DNA of 64,000 nucleotides from an uncultured Actinomycetota bacterium. GTDB taxonomy: Bacteria > Actinomycetota > Actinomycetes > JAHEKZ01. The notes below the pieces were generated by a model that worked only from the letters and a program-made list of their open reading frames with translations, did no database searches and had not been told where the DNA came from. Where the stretch lies: contig CAVURN010000001.1 in NCBI GenBank assembly GCA_963743915.1, positions 576,001-640,000 of the forward strand, in the 5' to 3' direction. Each line of letters starts with the position of its first letter. The first letter of the stretch is position 1. Position numbers and translations under genes: made by a program. Below are positions 1-10,101 of the stretch, one piece after another.

Positions 1-642
1 CAGTCCACAGCCGTCGTGCAGGGATTCGGCTCGATGGGTGGCGCCACCGCGCGTTACCTCGCGCGGGCAGGAGTGCGCGTGGTCGGCGTCTCGGACAAGG
101 AAGGGTTGGTCTACAACGCCGACCGACTCGACGTCGAGGCCTTGCTCGCCCATCGCGACGTGTTCGGCGTCGTGGACCGCACCCGCCTGCGTCCGGGAGA
201 TGCACAGCTTCCCGGTGAGGACTGGCTGGCGCTCGACGTCGACCTGCTCGTTCCGGCGGCGATGTCGTACGTGATCACCCGCGACGAGGTCGACCGCATC
301 AAGGCCGGCGTCATCTGCGAGGCGTCCAACGTCGCGACGATGCCGGACGCCGAGGCGGCACTCCTGGCCCGTGGCGTCACGATCGTCCCGGACTTCGTGG
401 CCAACGTGGGCACCAACGCCTGGTGGTGGTGGGTGGCGTTCGACGACATCGCACCGACCGCCGAGGCGGCCTTCGGCAAGATCTCCGGGGTGCTGCGCCC
501 GCTGACGACCCAGCTGCTCGAGCGCGCCAGCCGTGAGGGGATCAGCCCGCGGGAGGCAGCGACCGAGATAGCCGACGAGAAGCGAGCCGCGGTCTCCGAG
601 CGTTACCCGACGTCGGTGAAGTCCGAGGCGGTCGCCCGCTGA
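1..642 (+). CDS. Glu/Leu/Phe/Val dehydrogenase family protein, C-terminal NAD(P)-binding domain (5'-truncated by window edge)
   Basis: VQGFGSMG Rossmann motif, DLLVPAA, ICEASN, IVPDFVAN typical of ELFV dehydrogenases; frame open to the window start. Confidence 0.85.
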   Translation, partial: QSTAVVQGFGSMGGATARYLARAGVRVVGVSDKEGLVYNADRLDVEALLAHRDVFGVVDRTRLRPGDAQLPGEDWLALDVDLLVPAAMSYVITRDEVDRIKAGVICEASNVATMPDAEAALLARGVTIVPDFVANVGTNAWWWWVAFDDIAPTAEAAFGKISGVLRPLTTQLLERASREGISPREAATEIADEKRAAVSERYPTSVKSEAVAR

Positions 643-2708
643 TGTCCGAGTCCGAGGGCAGCCCGCGTCCGTCGCTCGACGCGCTGGAGGCTTTGTTCGC
701 CCCGACCAGCGTGGCGGTCATCGGAGCCAGCGACGACATCCGCAAGTGGGGCAACTGGCTGGCCAAGGGCGCGCTCGCGGGCCCGGTCCCCGTGCACCTG
801 GTGAATGCAAGGGCGGACACCGTCCTCGGCCGTCCCGCCGTCCCCTCGCTCGTCTCTGCAGGCCTGCGGACCGATCTCGCCGTCGTGGCGGTACCCGCCT
901 CGGCGTTCGAGTCGGCGGTGGACGACGCGCTCGCGGCGGGCGCGCGAGCCATCGTCGGCATCAGTGCCGGACTGGGCGAGGCCGGAGCGGAGGGCAAGGC
1001 TCGCGAAGAGGCGGTGGTTGCGCGGGTACGTGCGGCGGGTGCGGTGCTGCTCGGCCCGAACTGCCTGGGGGTGTCCGATGCCGCAGCGGGACTCTCGCTC
1101 ACGTCCAACCCGCTCCCGCCCGGCGACGTGGCCTTCATCTCGCAGAGCGGCAACCTGTCGCTCGAGCTCGCGCAGCTGCTCGAGGCGCACGACCTGGGCT
1201 TCTCGCGCTTCGCCAGCCTCGGCAACCAGGCCCACGTCGACGCCGCCGACCTGGTCGAGGCCACAGCGTCACACGCGGCGACGAAAGTGGTCGCGGTCTA
1301 CTGCGAGGACTTCCGCGACGGACGCCGGTTCGCGCAGGCTGCCCTCGACGCACGGGCCGCCGGCAAGCCTGTCGTCCTGCTCACGGTCGGCGCCAGCGAG
1401 GCATCCGCCCGCCAGGCCTCCTCGCACACCGCATCGTTGGTCTCGTCCTCCGACGTGGTCGACGCCGCGTGCTCGGCCGGTGGCATCGTGCGGGTGCACA
1501 CGCCGTCGCAGATGGCCGAGGCGGTGGCGTTGCTCCGGGAGAGTCCGCTGGCTCTCGGACGCCGGGTCGCGATCATCACCGACGGCGGCGGTCACGCGTC
1601 CATCGCCGCCGACGTCGCCCATCTGCGCGGGCTCGACGTCGTGCACTTCAGCGAGCAGCTGGCATCGACGGTCGCCGCCGAGCTGCCGCCCGCAGCCACC
1701 AGCGTCAACCCGATCGACGTCGCCGGCGGGGGCGAGCAGGACCTCTCGTGCTTCGGCCGGATCATCTCGTCGGTCCTCGCGAGCGGCGAGGTCGACGCGA
1801 TGGTGGTGAGCGGCTACTTCGGCGGGTACGGCCAGTACGGCGAGGCGCTGGCCGATCTCGAGGTCGAGACGGCCGGCGCGATGGCCGACGCCGTGCAGTC
1901 CTCGGGCCGACCGCTGGTCGTCCACTCGATGTTCCCCTCCAGCGCTGCTGCCACGCGCCTGCGTTCGCGCGGAGTGCCGGTGTACCGGACCATCGAAGGT
2001 GCCTTGGACGCACTTGGGCAGACGGCCGGAACCGGCCCGACCGGGCTGGTCGAGCTGCCCGTGGGGGCGACGCCGCTGGCCGACTTCGGGTACTGGTCGG
2101 TGCGCGACCTGCTGAAGGGCTCCGGGGTCCGCTTTCCCGACGCGCACCTGATCGCGTCCACCGACGAGCTCGAGGCCGCCCTGCCTCAGATCACCTTCCC
2201 TGTCGTGCTCAAGGCGATGGGTCTGCTGCACAAGAGCGACGTCGGGGGAGTGCGCCTCGGCGTCACTGACGCCGAGCAGCTGCGGGCCGAGTACCGCACG
2301 ATGGTCGAGCAGCTGAGCCCGCCGGCCGTGACGATCGAGCAGATGCTGGACACCTCGAGCGGTGTCGAGCTGATCGTCGGCGTGCGACGCGACGAGAGGT
2401 TCGGACCGGTGGCCATGGTGGGTATCGGCGGCGTCCTGACCGAGGTGCTCGACGACGTCGCGACGGCGCTGGCGCCGGTCGATGCCGCACGGGCAGGCGA
2501 GCTGCTGCTGTCCCTGCGGTCGGCAGCGCTCCTCACCGGGGTACGAGGTCGGTCGCCCGTCGACCTGGTCGCGCTCGCCGAGCAGGTGGCGCTGATCACC
2601 CGACTGGCCTGTGCGCATCCCGAGGTCGTCGATCTCGAGGTGAACCCGCTCCTCGCCACCGCCGAGGGTGCGGTGGCGCTCGACGCACGAGCGGTCGCCG
2701 TTCCGTAG
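642..2708 (+). CDS. Acetate--CoA ligase (ADP-forming) family acyl-CoA synthetase, fused alpha/beta
   Basis: PTSVAVIGAS CoA-binding domain, GPNCLG, SQSG, SHTASL phospho-His motif, NPID, C-terminal ATP-grasp (PVVLKA, HKSDVGGV, LEVNPL). Confidence 0.9.
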   Translation: MSESEGSPRPSLDALEALFAPTSVAVIGASDDIRKWGNWLAKGALAGPVPVHLVNARADTVLGRPAVPSLVSAGLRTDLAVVAVPASAFESAVDDALAAGARAIVGISAGLGEAGAEGKAREEAVVARVRAAGAVLLGPNCLGVSDAAAGLSLTSNPLPPGDVAFISQSGNLSLELAQLLEAHDLGFSRFASLGNQAHVDAADLVEATASHAATKVVAVYCEDFRDGRRFAQAALDARAAGKPVVLLTVGASEASARQASSHTASLVSSSDVVDAACSAGGIVRVHTPSQMAEAVALLRESPLALGRRVAIITDGGGHASIAADVAHLRGLDVVHFSEQLASTVAAELPPAATSVNPIDVAGGGEQDLSCFGRIISSVLASGEVDAMVVSGYFGGYGQYGEALADLEVETAGAMADAVQSSGRPLVVHSMFPSSAAATRLRSRGVPVYRTIEGALDALGQTAGTGPTGLVELPVGATPLADFGYWSVRDLLKGSGVRFPDAHLIASTDELEAALPQITFPVVLKAMGLLHKSDVGGVRLGVTDAEQLRAEYRTMVEQLSPPAVTIEQMLDTSSGVELIVGVRRDERFGPVAMVGIGGVLTEVLDDVATALAPVDAARAGELLLSLRSAALLTGVRGRSPVDLVALAEQVALITRLACAHPEVVDLEVNPLLATAEGAVALDARAVAVP

Positions 2709-2774
2709 ACGTCGGCGGACGAGAGCCCGCACCACCACCACCACTGCCACCACCACCGAGGGGACCTCACTGTC

Positions 2775-3947
2775 ATGGACTTCCGCTACACCCCGGACCA
2801 GCAGGCGCTGATCGCCCGCGTCCGCGAGCTCTACGAGTTCATCAAGCCGTACGAGCTCGAGTGCGAGTGGGACAACGGCCTGTCCGCCGACGCGCATGCG
2901 CGCATTCGGCAGGCCGTCCTGGACGCCGACCTGCAGGCGGTCAACATGCCGCGTGAGTGGGGCGGTGCCGGTCTCACCACGATGGAGCAGATCCTGTACC
3001 ACGAGACGTTGGGACGGTTGACCAACGCGTTGTGGGACACCGTGTGGCGCCCGGCCAACGCACTCAAGGCCTGCACGCCGCAGCAGCGTGAGCGCTACCT
3101 GCTGCCCGGTATCCGGGGTGAGCGACGCGATGCCATCGCGGTCACCGAGGAGTACGCCGGCTCGGACCCGTTGGCGATGACCACCACGGCCAAGCGGGTC
3201 GGCGACACCTTCGTGATCAACGGGGAGAAGTGGTTCGTGACCGTCGGAGACGTCGCCGACTTCATCCTCACGCTCGCCTGGGTCGACGAGGAGCCGACGC
3301 TGTTCATCGTCGACGCTGATGCGCCGGGACTGTCGGTCAAGCGCGTGCCCAAGTACACCCACACCTTCGTGTACGAGCACCCCGAGTTCGTCTACGAGGA
3401 CGTCGAGGTCGGGCCCGAGCAGATCCTCGGCGAGATCGGCCAGGGCTACGACCTGATCCGCGACTGGTTCGTCGAGGAGCGGCTGATGATCGGCGCACGC
3501 ACGGTCGGGGCGGCGTCCCGCGCGATCGAGGAGTCGGTCGACTTCGCGACCAACCGCATCCAGGGCGGCGGCCCACTGGTCAACCACCAGCTGATCCAGG
3601 CGATGCTCGCCGACATGGTCGTCGACACCACGGGAGCGCGCACGCTGGTGTACCAGGTGGGGTGCGAGATCGACAGCGGCGAGCTGGACCGCAAGACGCT
3701 GCACGCCAAGGCGGCGGTCGTGAAGCTGGCGGCGTCCGAGGCGGCCGGTCGCGTGGTCGACCGCGCCGTGCAGATCCACGGCGGACGCGGGTACATGCGC
3801 GACTACCCGGTGGAGCGCCTCTACCGCGAGCTGCGGGTCGACCGGGTGTGGGAGGGCACCTCGGAGATCCAGCGGCTCATCATCGGCAACGAGATCGCCA
3901 AGCGCGGGGTGGGCGCCCTGCTCGCTTTCCCAGGCTCCGCCGCCTGA
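2775..3947 (+). CDS. Acyl-CoA dehydrogenase
   Basis: AVTEEYAGSD, INGEKWFVT, QIHGGRGY, VWEGTSEIQR motifs; GAGGGG RBS. Confidence 0.93.
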   Translation: MDFRYTPDQQALIARVRELYEFIKPYELECEWDNGLSADAHARIRQAVLDADLQAVNMPREWGGAGLTTMEQILYHETLGRLTNALWDTVWRPANALKACTPQQRERYLLPGIRGERRDAIAVTEEYAGSDPLAMTTTAKRVGDTFVINGEKWFVTVGDVADFILTLAWVDEEPTLFIVDADAPGLSVKRVPKYTHTFVYEHPEFVYEDVEVGPEQILGEIGQGYDLIRDWFVEERLMIGARTVGAASRAIEESVDFATNRIQGGGPLVNHQLIQAMLADMVVDTTGARTLVYQVGCEIDSGELDRKTLHAKAAVVKLAASEAAGRVVDRAVQIHGGRGYMRDYPVERLYRELRVDRVWEGTSEIQRLIIGNEIAKRGVGALLAFPGSAA

Positions 3948-3975
3948 GGGTCGGGTCGGGTGGCGCCGCGCGGTC

Positions 3976-4827
3976 TCACGCCGCCGGAGTGCGCTGACGC
4001 AGGACGGGGAAGTGGGGGTCATCCAGAGGCAGACCGAGCTCGAGCGACAGACCGAGCGGTGTGAAGTCCGGCGAGCAGACCCACTCGCGCGGTGCGTGCA
4101 CCATGTCGTCCCCCAGGAAGCGCAGGGAGAAGGCCCGCCGCCGGTGGGTTCCAGGAACGCCGTACGCGTGGTGCAGCGTCAGCATGTGGAAGAAGACGGC
4201 GTCGCCCGGCTGCATGGCCCATCCGCGGATGTCGTACGACGCGCGGTCGGCTTCGATGTCGGGCAGCTCCTCGAGCGAACCCTCCGGGAACCACTTGGCC
4301 TGCGCGTCCATGAAGGTGCGCGGCATCCGCCACCCCTCGCGGTGTGAGCCGGCGAGGAACTCCAGTGTCGACTCCGGGGCCACCGGGTCGACAGGTGCCC
4401 ACAGGGAACAGTTCATCCATCCTTCGACGTCGTAGTACGGCTGGTCCTGGTGCCACGGTGTCGGCTGCTGCGTCCTAGGCTCCTTCACCAGCATGTGGTC
4501 GTGGTACAGGCGCACCTCGTCGGACCCCATCAGCGCCCCGGCGACGTCCGCCGCTCGCGACTCGAAGGCGACCTGCCGGTACTCGTCGATGCGTTGCCAG
4601 TTGCAGAAGTCCTCGACGAACCTCCCGGGGTCGTCGTCGCGGCTGGCCACCTTGAACAGGGGGCCGGGATCGGCGAGGTTGCGCTCGATGCCGCGTGCGA
4701 TGGTCGCGACCTCGCCCGCGGTGAACAGCCCACGCACGACCGTCGCTCCGTCGCGACGGAACTGCTCGATCTGGTCGGTGGCGACGACGCCATCGGCGAG
4801 TGGACGAGGGGCAGGGGTGGGGGCCAT
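3976..4827 (-). CDS. Phytanoyl-CoA dioxygenase (PhyH) family Fe(II)/2OG dioxygenase
   Basis: TPWHQD HxD motif, GDAVFFHMLTLHH distal His, RRAFSLR. Confidence 0.88.
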   Translation of the reverse strand: MAPTPAPRPLADGVVATDQIEQFRRDGATVVRGLFTAGEVATIARGIERNLADPGPLFKVASRDDDPGRFVEDFCNWQRIDEYRQVAFESRAADVAGALMGSDEVRLYHDHMLVKEPRTQQPTPWHQDQPYYDVEGWMNCSLWAPVDPVAPESTLEFLAGSHREGWRMPRTFMDAQAKWFPEGSLEELPDIEADRASYDIRGWAMQPGDAVFFHMLTLHHAYGVPGTHRRRAFSLRFLGDDMVHAPREWVCSPDFTPLGLSLELGLPLDDPHFPVLRQRTPAA

Positions 4828-4838
4828 ACGAGCTCCAG

Positions 4839-5252
4839 CTAGAAGTCGATGCTGGCGGCGCGGTCGGCGTCCATCTCGGCGGTGATCGCCGCGATCTCGT
4901 CAGCAGTCAGGGGTCGCGAGCGTCCCGTCTCGGTGTCGCGCGGCACGACGACGGCCCCGCCCTCGGAGCAGAGCGTGCCGTCGCGCTTGTGCACGACCTC
5001 GCGGCTGCGGACGCTCGACGTGCCGAAGCCGAGCACTCGGCTGGACACGACGACCTCGCCGTCGTCCTGCGTGACCTCGTTGCGGAAGTCGATGTCGACG
5101 TGCGCGAGCACGAAGTCGAGAGCTTCGGGACCGAAGAGGCCGACCATCAGGGTGTCGCGCGCCTCTTCGAGGTAGTTGAGGTAGATCGCGTTGTTGACGT
5201 GCTGGTAGGCGTCCATGTCGGCCCACCGCACGCGCAAGGTCACCTGTCTCAC
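4839..5252 (-). CDS. Acyl-CoA thioesterase (4HBT/hotdog)
   Basis: VRWADMDAYQHVNNAIYLNYLEEAR signature. Confidence 0.9.
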   Translation of the reverse strand: MRQVTLRVRWADMDAYQHVNNAIYLNYLEEARDTLMVGLFGPEALDFVLAHVDIDFRNEVTQDDGEVVVSSRVLGFGTSSVRSREVVHKRDGTLCSEGGAVVVPRDTETGRSRPLTADEIAAITAEMDADRAASIDF

Positions 5253-5262
5253 GGCGCCGACC

Positions 5263-6180
5263 CTAGTGGTCCGGAACGTCGCTCAGGGTGCGGAGCTGGA
5301 CGGCCATCGCCGCGATGTCGTCCGGGGTGACCCGGCAGCAGCCGCCGACGAGGCGCGCACCCTCGTTCACCCAGCGGTCGACGGGGAAGTGCGGTGACTC
5401 GTCCGTGGCGACCCACGTGCGGCTCACGGCGTCCCATCCCTCCCCGCTGTTCGGGTACACCACGACGGGGCGCCCGCCCACCCGGTGAGCGAGGGGCACC
5501 GCCTCGGTGGCGTCGCGCGGCGTCGAGCAGTTGACGCCGACGGCGACGACCTCTGCCACGTCGTCGACCATCGCGAGGACATCGGCCAGCGGTTCACCGG
5601 CGCGGGTACGGTCCCCGGTGATCGACACCGACACCCAGCAGTCGATCCCGGTGCCGTCGACCTCGGCGAGAACCGCCTCGAGCTCCGCCGCGCAGGGGAT
5701 GGTCTCGAAGGCCAGCACGTCGGCGCCCGCGTCGGCCAGGACCTCGAGGCGTGGGTGGTGGAAGGCGCGCAGCTCGTCGACGGTGAGTCCGTAGCGGCCG
5801 TGGTACTCCGAGCCGTCGGCGAGCATGGCGCCGTAGGGGCCGGCGGACGCCGCCACCCACGTCGGTCGGTCGCTGACTTCGTCCGCCGCTTGCCGCGCGA
5901 GCGCCACGGAGCGACGCATCAAGGACGCTGTCGTCTCCCCGTCGATCCCGTGCGCGCCGAACCCGTCGAAGGTCGCCTGGTAGGACGCCGTGGTCGCCAC
6001 GTCGGAGCCTGCCGCGAAGAAGGCCCGATGCGCCTCGACGATCGCGTCGGGTGCATCCACGAGCAGCTGCGCCGACCAGAGGTCGCCGGAGATGTCGTGA
6101 CCGAGCAGCTCGAGCGTGGTGGAGAGCCCACCGTCGAGCAGCACGACCCGGTCCGCGACGGTCTGACGGAGGCTGCTCAC
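5263..6180 (-). CDS. mmuM: Homocysteine S-methyltransferase
   Basis: LLDGG, LWSA, ASYQ, GPYGA, GSEY, FETIP, GVNC, YPNSGE, GGCC Zn motifs. Confidence 0.92.
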   Translation of the reverse strand: MSSLRQTVADRVVLLDGGLSTTLELLGHDISGDLWSAQLLVDAPDAIVEAHRAFFAAGSDVATTASYQATFDGFGAHGIDGETTASLMRRSVALARQAADEVSDRPTWVAASAGPYGAMLADGSEYHGRYGLTVDELRAFHHPRLEVLADAGADVLAFETIPCAAELEAVLAEVDGTGIDCWVSVSITGDRTRAGEPLADVLAMVDDVAEVVAVGVNCSTPRDATEAVPLAHRVGGRPVVVYPNSGEGWDAVSRTWVATDESPHFPVDRWVNEGARLVGGCCRVTPDDIAAMAVQLRTLSDVPDH

Positions 6181-6204
6181 CCCTTGACGATACGGAGCAT
6201 GCGG

Positions 6205-7229
6205 TCAGTGTCGGTGCTCCGACCCCGCCTCCCACTCGGCGCGGGCCTGGTCGTAGATGCGTTGGAGCGTGGGGTCGGGGTGTCGACCTGCGTCACGCGC
6301 CGCCCGGTACGCGGCCGCCTCGCGGGCGCGGTCGGCAAGCCGATCCTCCACCTGGTGCGAGTGGTCGGGGTGGTCGGCCAGCACGAACGACGGGATCGCG
6401 TCGCGCAGCGTCGCGGCGGTCTCGACGGTGCCGGCGGCGCGTCCCGGTGTCCTCCGACTCCGTGGGGTGTAGGGCCACCAGACGTGCAGGGCGTCACCGG
6501 CGATGGTGACGGCGGCGTCCTCGGGGACCCGGTCGAGGATGAGGGCGGTCAGGTGGGGGGCGAGGACGTCGGACGCGAACCGGGTGTCGGCCGCGTGCAC
6601 GGTGTGACGGTCGGCGAACGCGAGGGACTCAGTGCCCCAGCGGGTGCCGGGATCGTCGGCACCCCTGCCGCTCGTCGGCATGATGGCGAGCTCGGGCAGC
6701 CAGCTGCCACCGACCTTGGCCAGGCCGCCCACCCACCGGGTGACCCCCGGCGGTGGTTCGGGCAGGGTCGAGGTGAGGTCGGTGCGGCTCGAAGCCGGCG
6801 CCACCGCGTCAGCAACAGCATCGGCCACCTCGCGCGACAGTCCGACCACGAGGTCGGACAGCACGCCGTCGATCCCGGTCGCCGTGGCGAGCGCATCGGC
6901 GCCGAGCAGCTGGCCGTTCGGTCCCACCTCTCCGACGCCGAGGTCCGGTTCGGGCGCGTACTGACTCAGCACGGCGACGCTGGCGGCATCACCTCCGTCG
7001 GGACTGGCGCACCACAGCAGCGTGCGGCGTCGACCCCTTGACGTCCCCGAGGCGCCACGGGTGCAGCGTCGGCAGCGCGCCGACGGTTCTCAGCACCGCG
7101 CTGTGCGCCCAGAGATCGACCAGGCCGCCGGCCGACGACCACGCTCCCGCCCAGCACGGGCTGGCGTCCGGTGGCAGCATCTCGGTCCTTGGGTCCTCGG
7201 CGAAGGGCTCTCGGGTGAGTAGTCGTCAT
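6205..7229 (-). CDS. Hypothetical protein, probably frameshifted in its 5' part; main ORF 6205-6972
   Basis: 255-aa ORF with coding-like GC3 pattern; upstream frames (MTTTHPRAL..., VDLWAHSAVLR...) look like the displaced N-terminus; start uncertain. Confidence 0.45.
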
Positions 7230-7268
7230 CGGCGCCCACCGGCTTGACGACGGCGGTACGGTCACCGC

Positions 7269-8046
7269 GTGTCCACCCCACCTTCGACGACCTTCGAGGC
7301 GCATCCGGTGGCACCAGGAGCCGGACTCGGCACCGTGCTCGGGATCTGGGCGCACCCGGACGACGAGGCCTACCTGTCCTCAGGACTCATGGCGCAGGCG
7401 GTCGCGGCCGGGTCCCGGGTGGTCTGCGTCACGGCGACGCGCGGCGAGGGGGGCTCGCTCGACCCGGTGCGATGGCCCTCGGAGACTCTTGGCGACGTCC
7501 GTGCCGACGAGCTGCAGACGCTGCCTCACCATGCTCGGCGTCACCGAGCACGTCTTCCTCGACCTGCCGGACGTCGACTGGCACACGCCGCTGCCCGAGC
7601 GCGGGGCGACGGCGGTGGCCGAGCTGATGCGGGACGTGGCGCCCGACACGGTGCTGACCTTCGGACCGGACGGCATCACCAACCACGAGGGCCACAAGTC
7701 GGTGAGCGCCTGGGCCACGGACGCCTTCGTCGCGCACGCGCCGGCCGGCGCGTCCCTGTACTACTCGGCCTACTCGCGAGAGTGGGGGGAGGCTTTCCTT
7801 CCGCACCTGCGGGAGCTGGGCGCCTTCCGGGACGGTGCTGAACCTCCGGTCGTCGACGACGACGAGCTCATCCTCGACCTGCAGCTCGACGCGGAGCTGC
7901 TCGCGCTCAAGGTGGCCGCCATCCGTCAGCACGAGAGCCAGATCGCCGGCCTCGAGGAGGCCTTCGGTGCGGACCGATGGTCGCAGGCGATGAGCCGGGA
8001 GTCGTTCCGTCTGGCCCACCGGCGGGACGTGGGGGGCCCGTCGTGA
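7269..8046 (+). CDS. PIG-L/LmbE family deacetylase (frameshift near 7518)
   Basis: WAHPDDE, ATRGEGG in first frame; VLTFGPDGITNHEGH and AIRQHESQ in second frame. Confidence 0.85.
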
Positions 8047-8766
8047 GCGGCTGGTTCGGCCTGCTGGGGTCGGGGGAGTTCCAGCCGTGGTCGGGCGAGG
8101 TGGACGAGTGGGTGCTGAGTCGGGTGACCGGCGACGGCCGGGTACTGGTACTGCCCACCGCCTCCGCCCCGGAGGGTGATGAGGTCTTCAGCCGCTGGGC
8201 GACCAGCGGGCTGGAGCACTTCGCCGCAGCGGGTGTGCCGGCGGAGCTGCTCGACGTGCGTGACCGCACGGATGCCGAGGACGTGGGGCTCGCCGACCGT
8301 GTGGTCGGTGCCTCGGTCGTGTACTTCTCGGGCGGCAACCCCGTGCACCTCGCGAACACGCTGGCTGAGACCGCACTCTGGCGAGCCGTGCCAGAGTGGT
8401 CTCGACCGTGGAATGGGCTACATCGGATGCAGCGCGGGAATGGCGTGCCTCGGGCGCAAGGCACCGGACAGCACCGTCGACCACCTCGGGCCCGAGCTGT
8501 GGCAGCAGGGTCTGGGGCTGTTCCCGAGGGCGTGGCTGGGACCGCACTGGGACGTCCTGGAGCACTTCTTGCCTGGCATCGTCGACCACCTGACCCAGAC
8601 CGTCCCGGCCGACGACGAGCTGGTCGGCATCGACGAGCAGACGGCGATGGTGGGCGACGGGGAGCAGTGGCAGGTCGTCGGACGCGGGGGCGTCCACGTG
8701 CGGCACGGCCGGGAGTGGAGTCGGCACGGTGCGGGCGAGACGGTGTCGGTCAGCCTCAGCTCGTAG
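8043..8766 (+). CDS. Peptidase S51 / cyanophycinase-like class I glutamine amidotransferase-fold protein (frameshift near 8390)
   Basis: LPTASAPEG, YFSGGNP, then GCSAG nucleophile elbow, GPHWD, GIDEQTA in the next frame. Confidence 0.8.
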
Positions 8767-8776
8767 CCGGCGTCGA

Positions 8777-9004
8777 TCAGCGCGCGGGAGCGGGAACCCG
8801 GCTCACCCGGCAGGTCTCGTGCTGCAGCAAGCCATAGGCGTTGCGCCGGACGAAGTCGTGCGGGTCGATCCAGACCAGGCAACGCGGGCAGATCGCGTCC
8901 GCGTCGACGTGCAGCGACGCGTCGCGCGGCCCGCCCGGTGGTGCAGCGTCGATGACGGCGGGCAGCAGGCTCTGGTTGACACCGTCGAGCGCCCGTCGTC
9001 CCAT
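8777..9004 (-). CDS. Small putative zinc-finger protein (75 aa)
   Basis: CPRC-x19-HETC; ATG preceded by TACCGT-N6 leaderless -10 box. Confidence 0.55.
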   Translation of the reverse strand: MGRRALDGVNQSLLPAVIDAAPPGGPRDASLHVDADAICPRCLVWIDPHDFVRRNAYGLLQHETCRVSRVPAPAR

Positions 9005-9057
9005 CGCCCCACGGTAGCCGCGTCGCGCACCCTGGGACGTCGCGCTTTGGTCACGTT

Positions 9058-9132
9058 TGGTGCCCCCGGCAGGATTCGAACCTGCGCACACGGCTCCGGA
9101 GGCCGATGCTCTATCCCCTGAGCTACGGGGGC
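9058..9132 (-). tRNA. tRNA-Arg(CCG)
   Basis: Reverse complement GCCCCCGTAGCTCAGGGGATAGAGCATCGGCCTCCGGAGCCGTGTGCGCAGGTTCGAATCCTGCCGGGGGCACCA: 7-bp acceptor stem, D arm, CCG anticodon, GTTCGAAT T-loop, encoded CCA. Confidence 0.97.
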
Positions 9133-9236
9133 GGGGACCGGAGGAATCTATCAGCGGACGGCGCTCTCGCCGTGGGCGCCCTGAGCCGGCGGAGACCGCC
9201 CAGGGCCGAAATTGCCGTGCCGCACGCGGCCCAGGG

Positions 9237-10022
9237 ATGACACGCTCTTCCCCTCAGAGCGAGAGATGGGGTCGCGTGGACGTCGAGTGGCACGAGGTCG
9301 AGGGTCGCGGGCGGGTGGTGGGCCGCTACCAGGTCTATCGCTCCGACCCGCCGACCGCTGATCTCTTCGAGGTCGTCGGCCCCGTCGAGGACGCCGTCGA
9401 GGCGATCTTCGACCAGCTGGCAGGGTGGCTGGTGGCCACCGCCGACGACGCGCTGGCGGATGCCTTGATCCGCCGGGGAGCGGAGCAGAAGCGCCACTCC
9501 CATGTCATGTCGAAGGTTCTGACCGACGGCGAGGCGACGCCCGACTGGTCGCTGCCGTGGACACTCGAGGCGATCGACGCGTCCACCCGGTTCGGCCCGG
9601 AGGTCGTGCCACTGATCCGGCGCGCGTATCCCGCTGAGCACCCGGACGCCGAGGAAGGTTCCGACAGCGAGATCGTCGAGGACATCCACGCCCGGCTCGC
9701 CGGCGAACGACTGGGCCCGCACCTGGTCGGCAGCGCCGTGGCGCGGGACGGGGGGCGTCCGATCGGGCTGATCATCGTGAACCGGGTGCCGGGCGAGCCG
9801 CCCTTCGCAGGGCCGTGGATCAGCGACGTCTGCCGAGATCCCGACCCGCCGTACCGGGGGGTCGGCCGGGCCCTGCTCGAGTACGCCATTGGCCGCGTTC
9901 AGGAGGCGGGCGAGACAGGGCTCTCGCTGGCGGTCACCGTGGGCAACCCCGCGCAGCGCGTGTATGAGCGCCTCGGGTTCGTCATCGCGACGACGTCCCG
10001 CAAGGTGCACATCCCGGAGTAG
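9237..10022 (+). CDS. GNAT family N-acetyltransferase (alternative start GTG 9276)
   Basis: YRGVGRALL acetyl-CoA motif A, VTVGNPAQRVYERLGF motif B. Confidence 0.82.
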   Translation: MTRSSPQSERWGRVDVEWHEVEGRGRVVGRYQVYRSDPPTADLFEVVGPVEDAVEAIFDQLAGWLVATADDALADALIRRGAEQKRHSHVMSKVLTDGEATPDWSLPWTLEAIDASTRFGPEVVPLIRRAYPAEHPDAEEGSDSEIVEDIHARLAGERLGPHLVGSAVARDGGRPIGLIIVNRVPGEPPFAGPWISDVCRDPDPPYRGVGRALLEYAIGRVQEAGETGLSLAVTVGNPAQRVYERLGFVIATTSRKVHIPE

Positions 10023-10101
10023 GGCACCTGGGTGGCGGCTCGGGCGGGCGCGGCGCCGTCGGGTTACAGTCGCTCGGACCACCCGGTTCAAGGAGTCGTC
10101 C

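Noticed and set aside
1269-4022. 917-aa and other long antisense ORFs (e.g. 11856-13544, 18320-19960, 40485-42257, 50824-52611)
   Set aside because: Shadow ORFs opposite well-supported genes, expected at about 70% GC; no motifs
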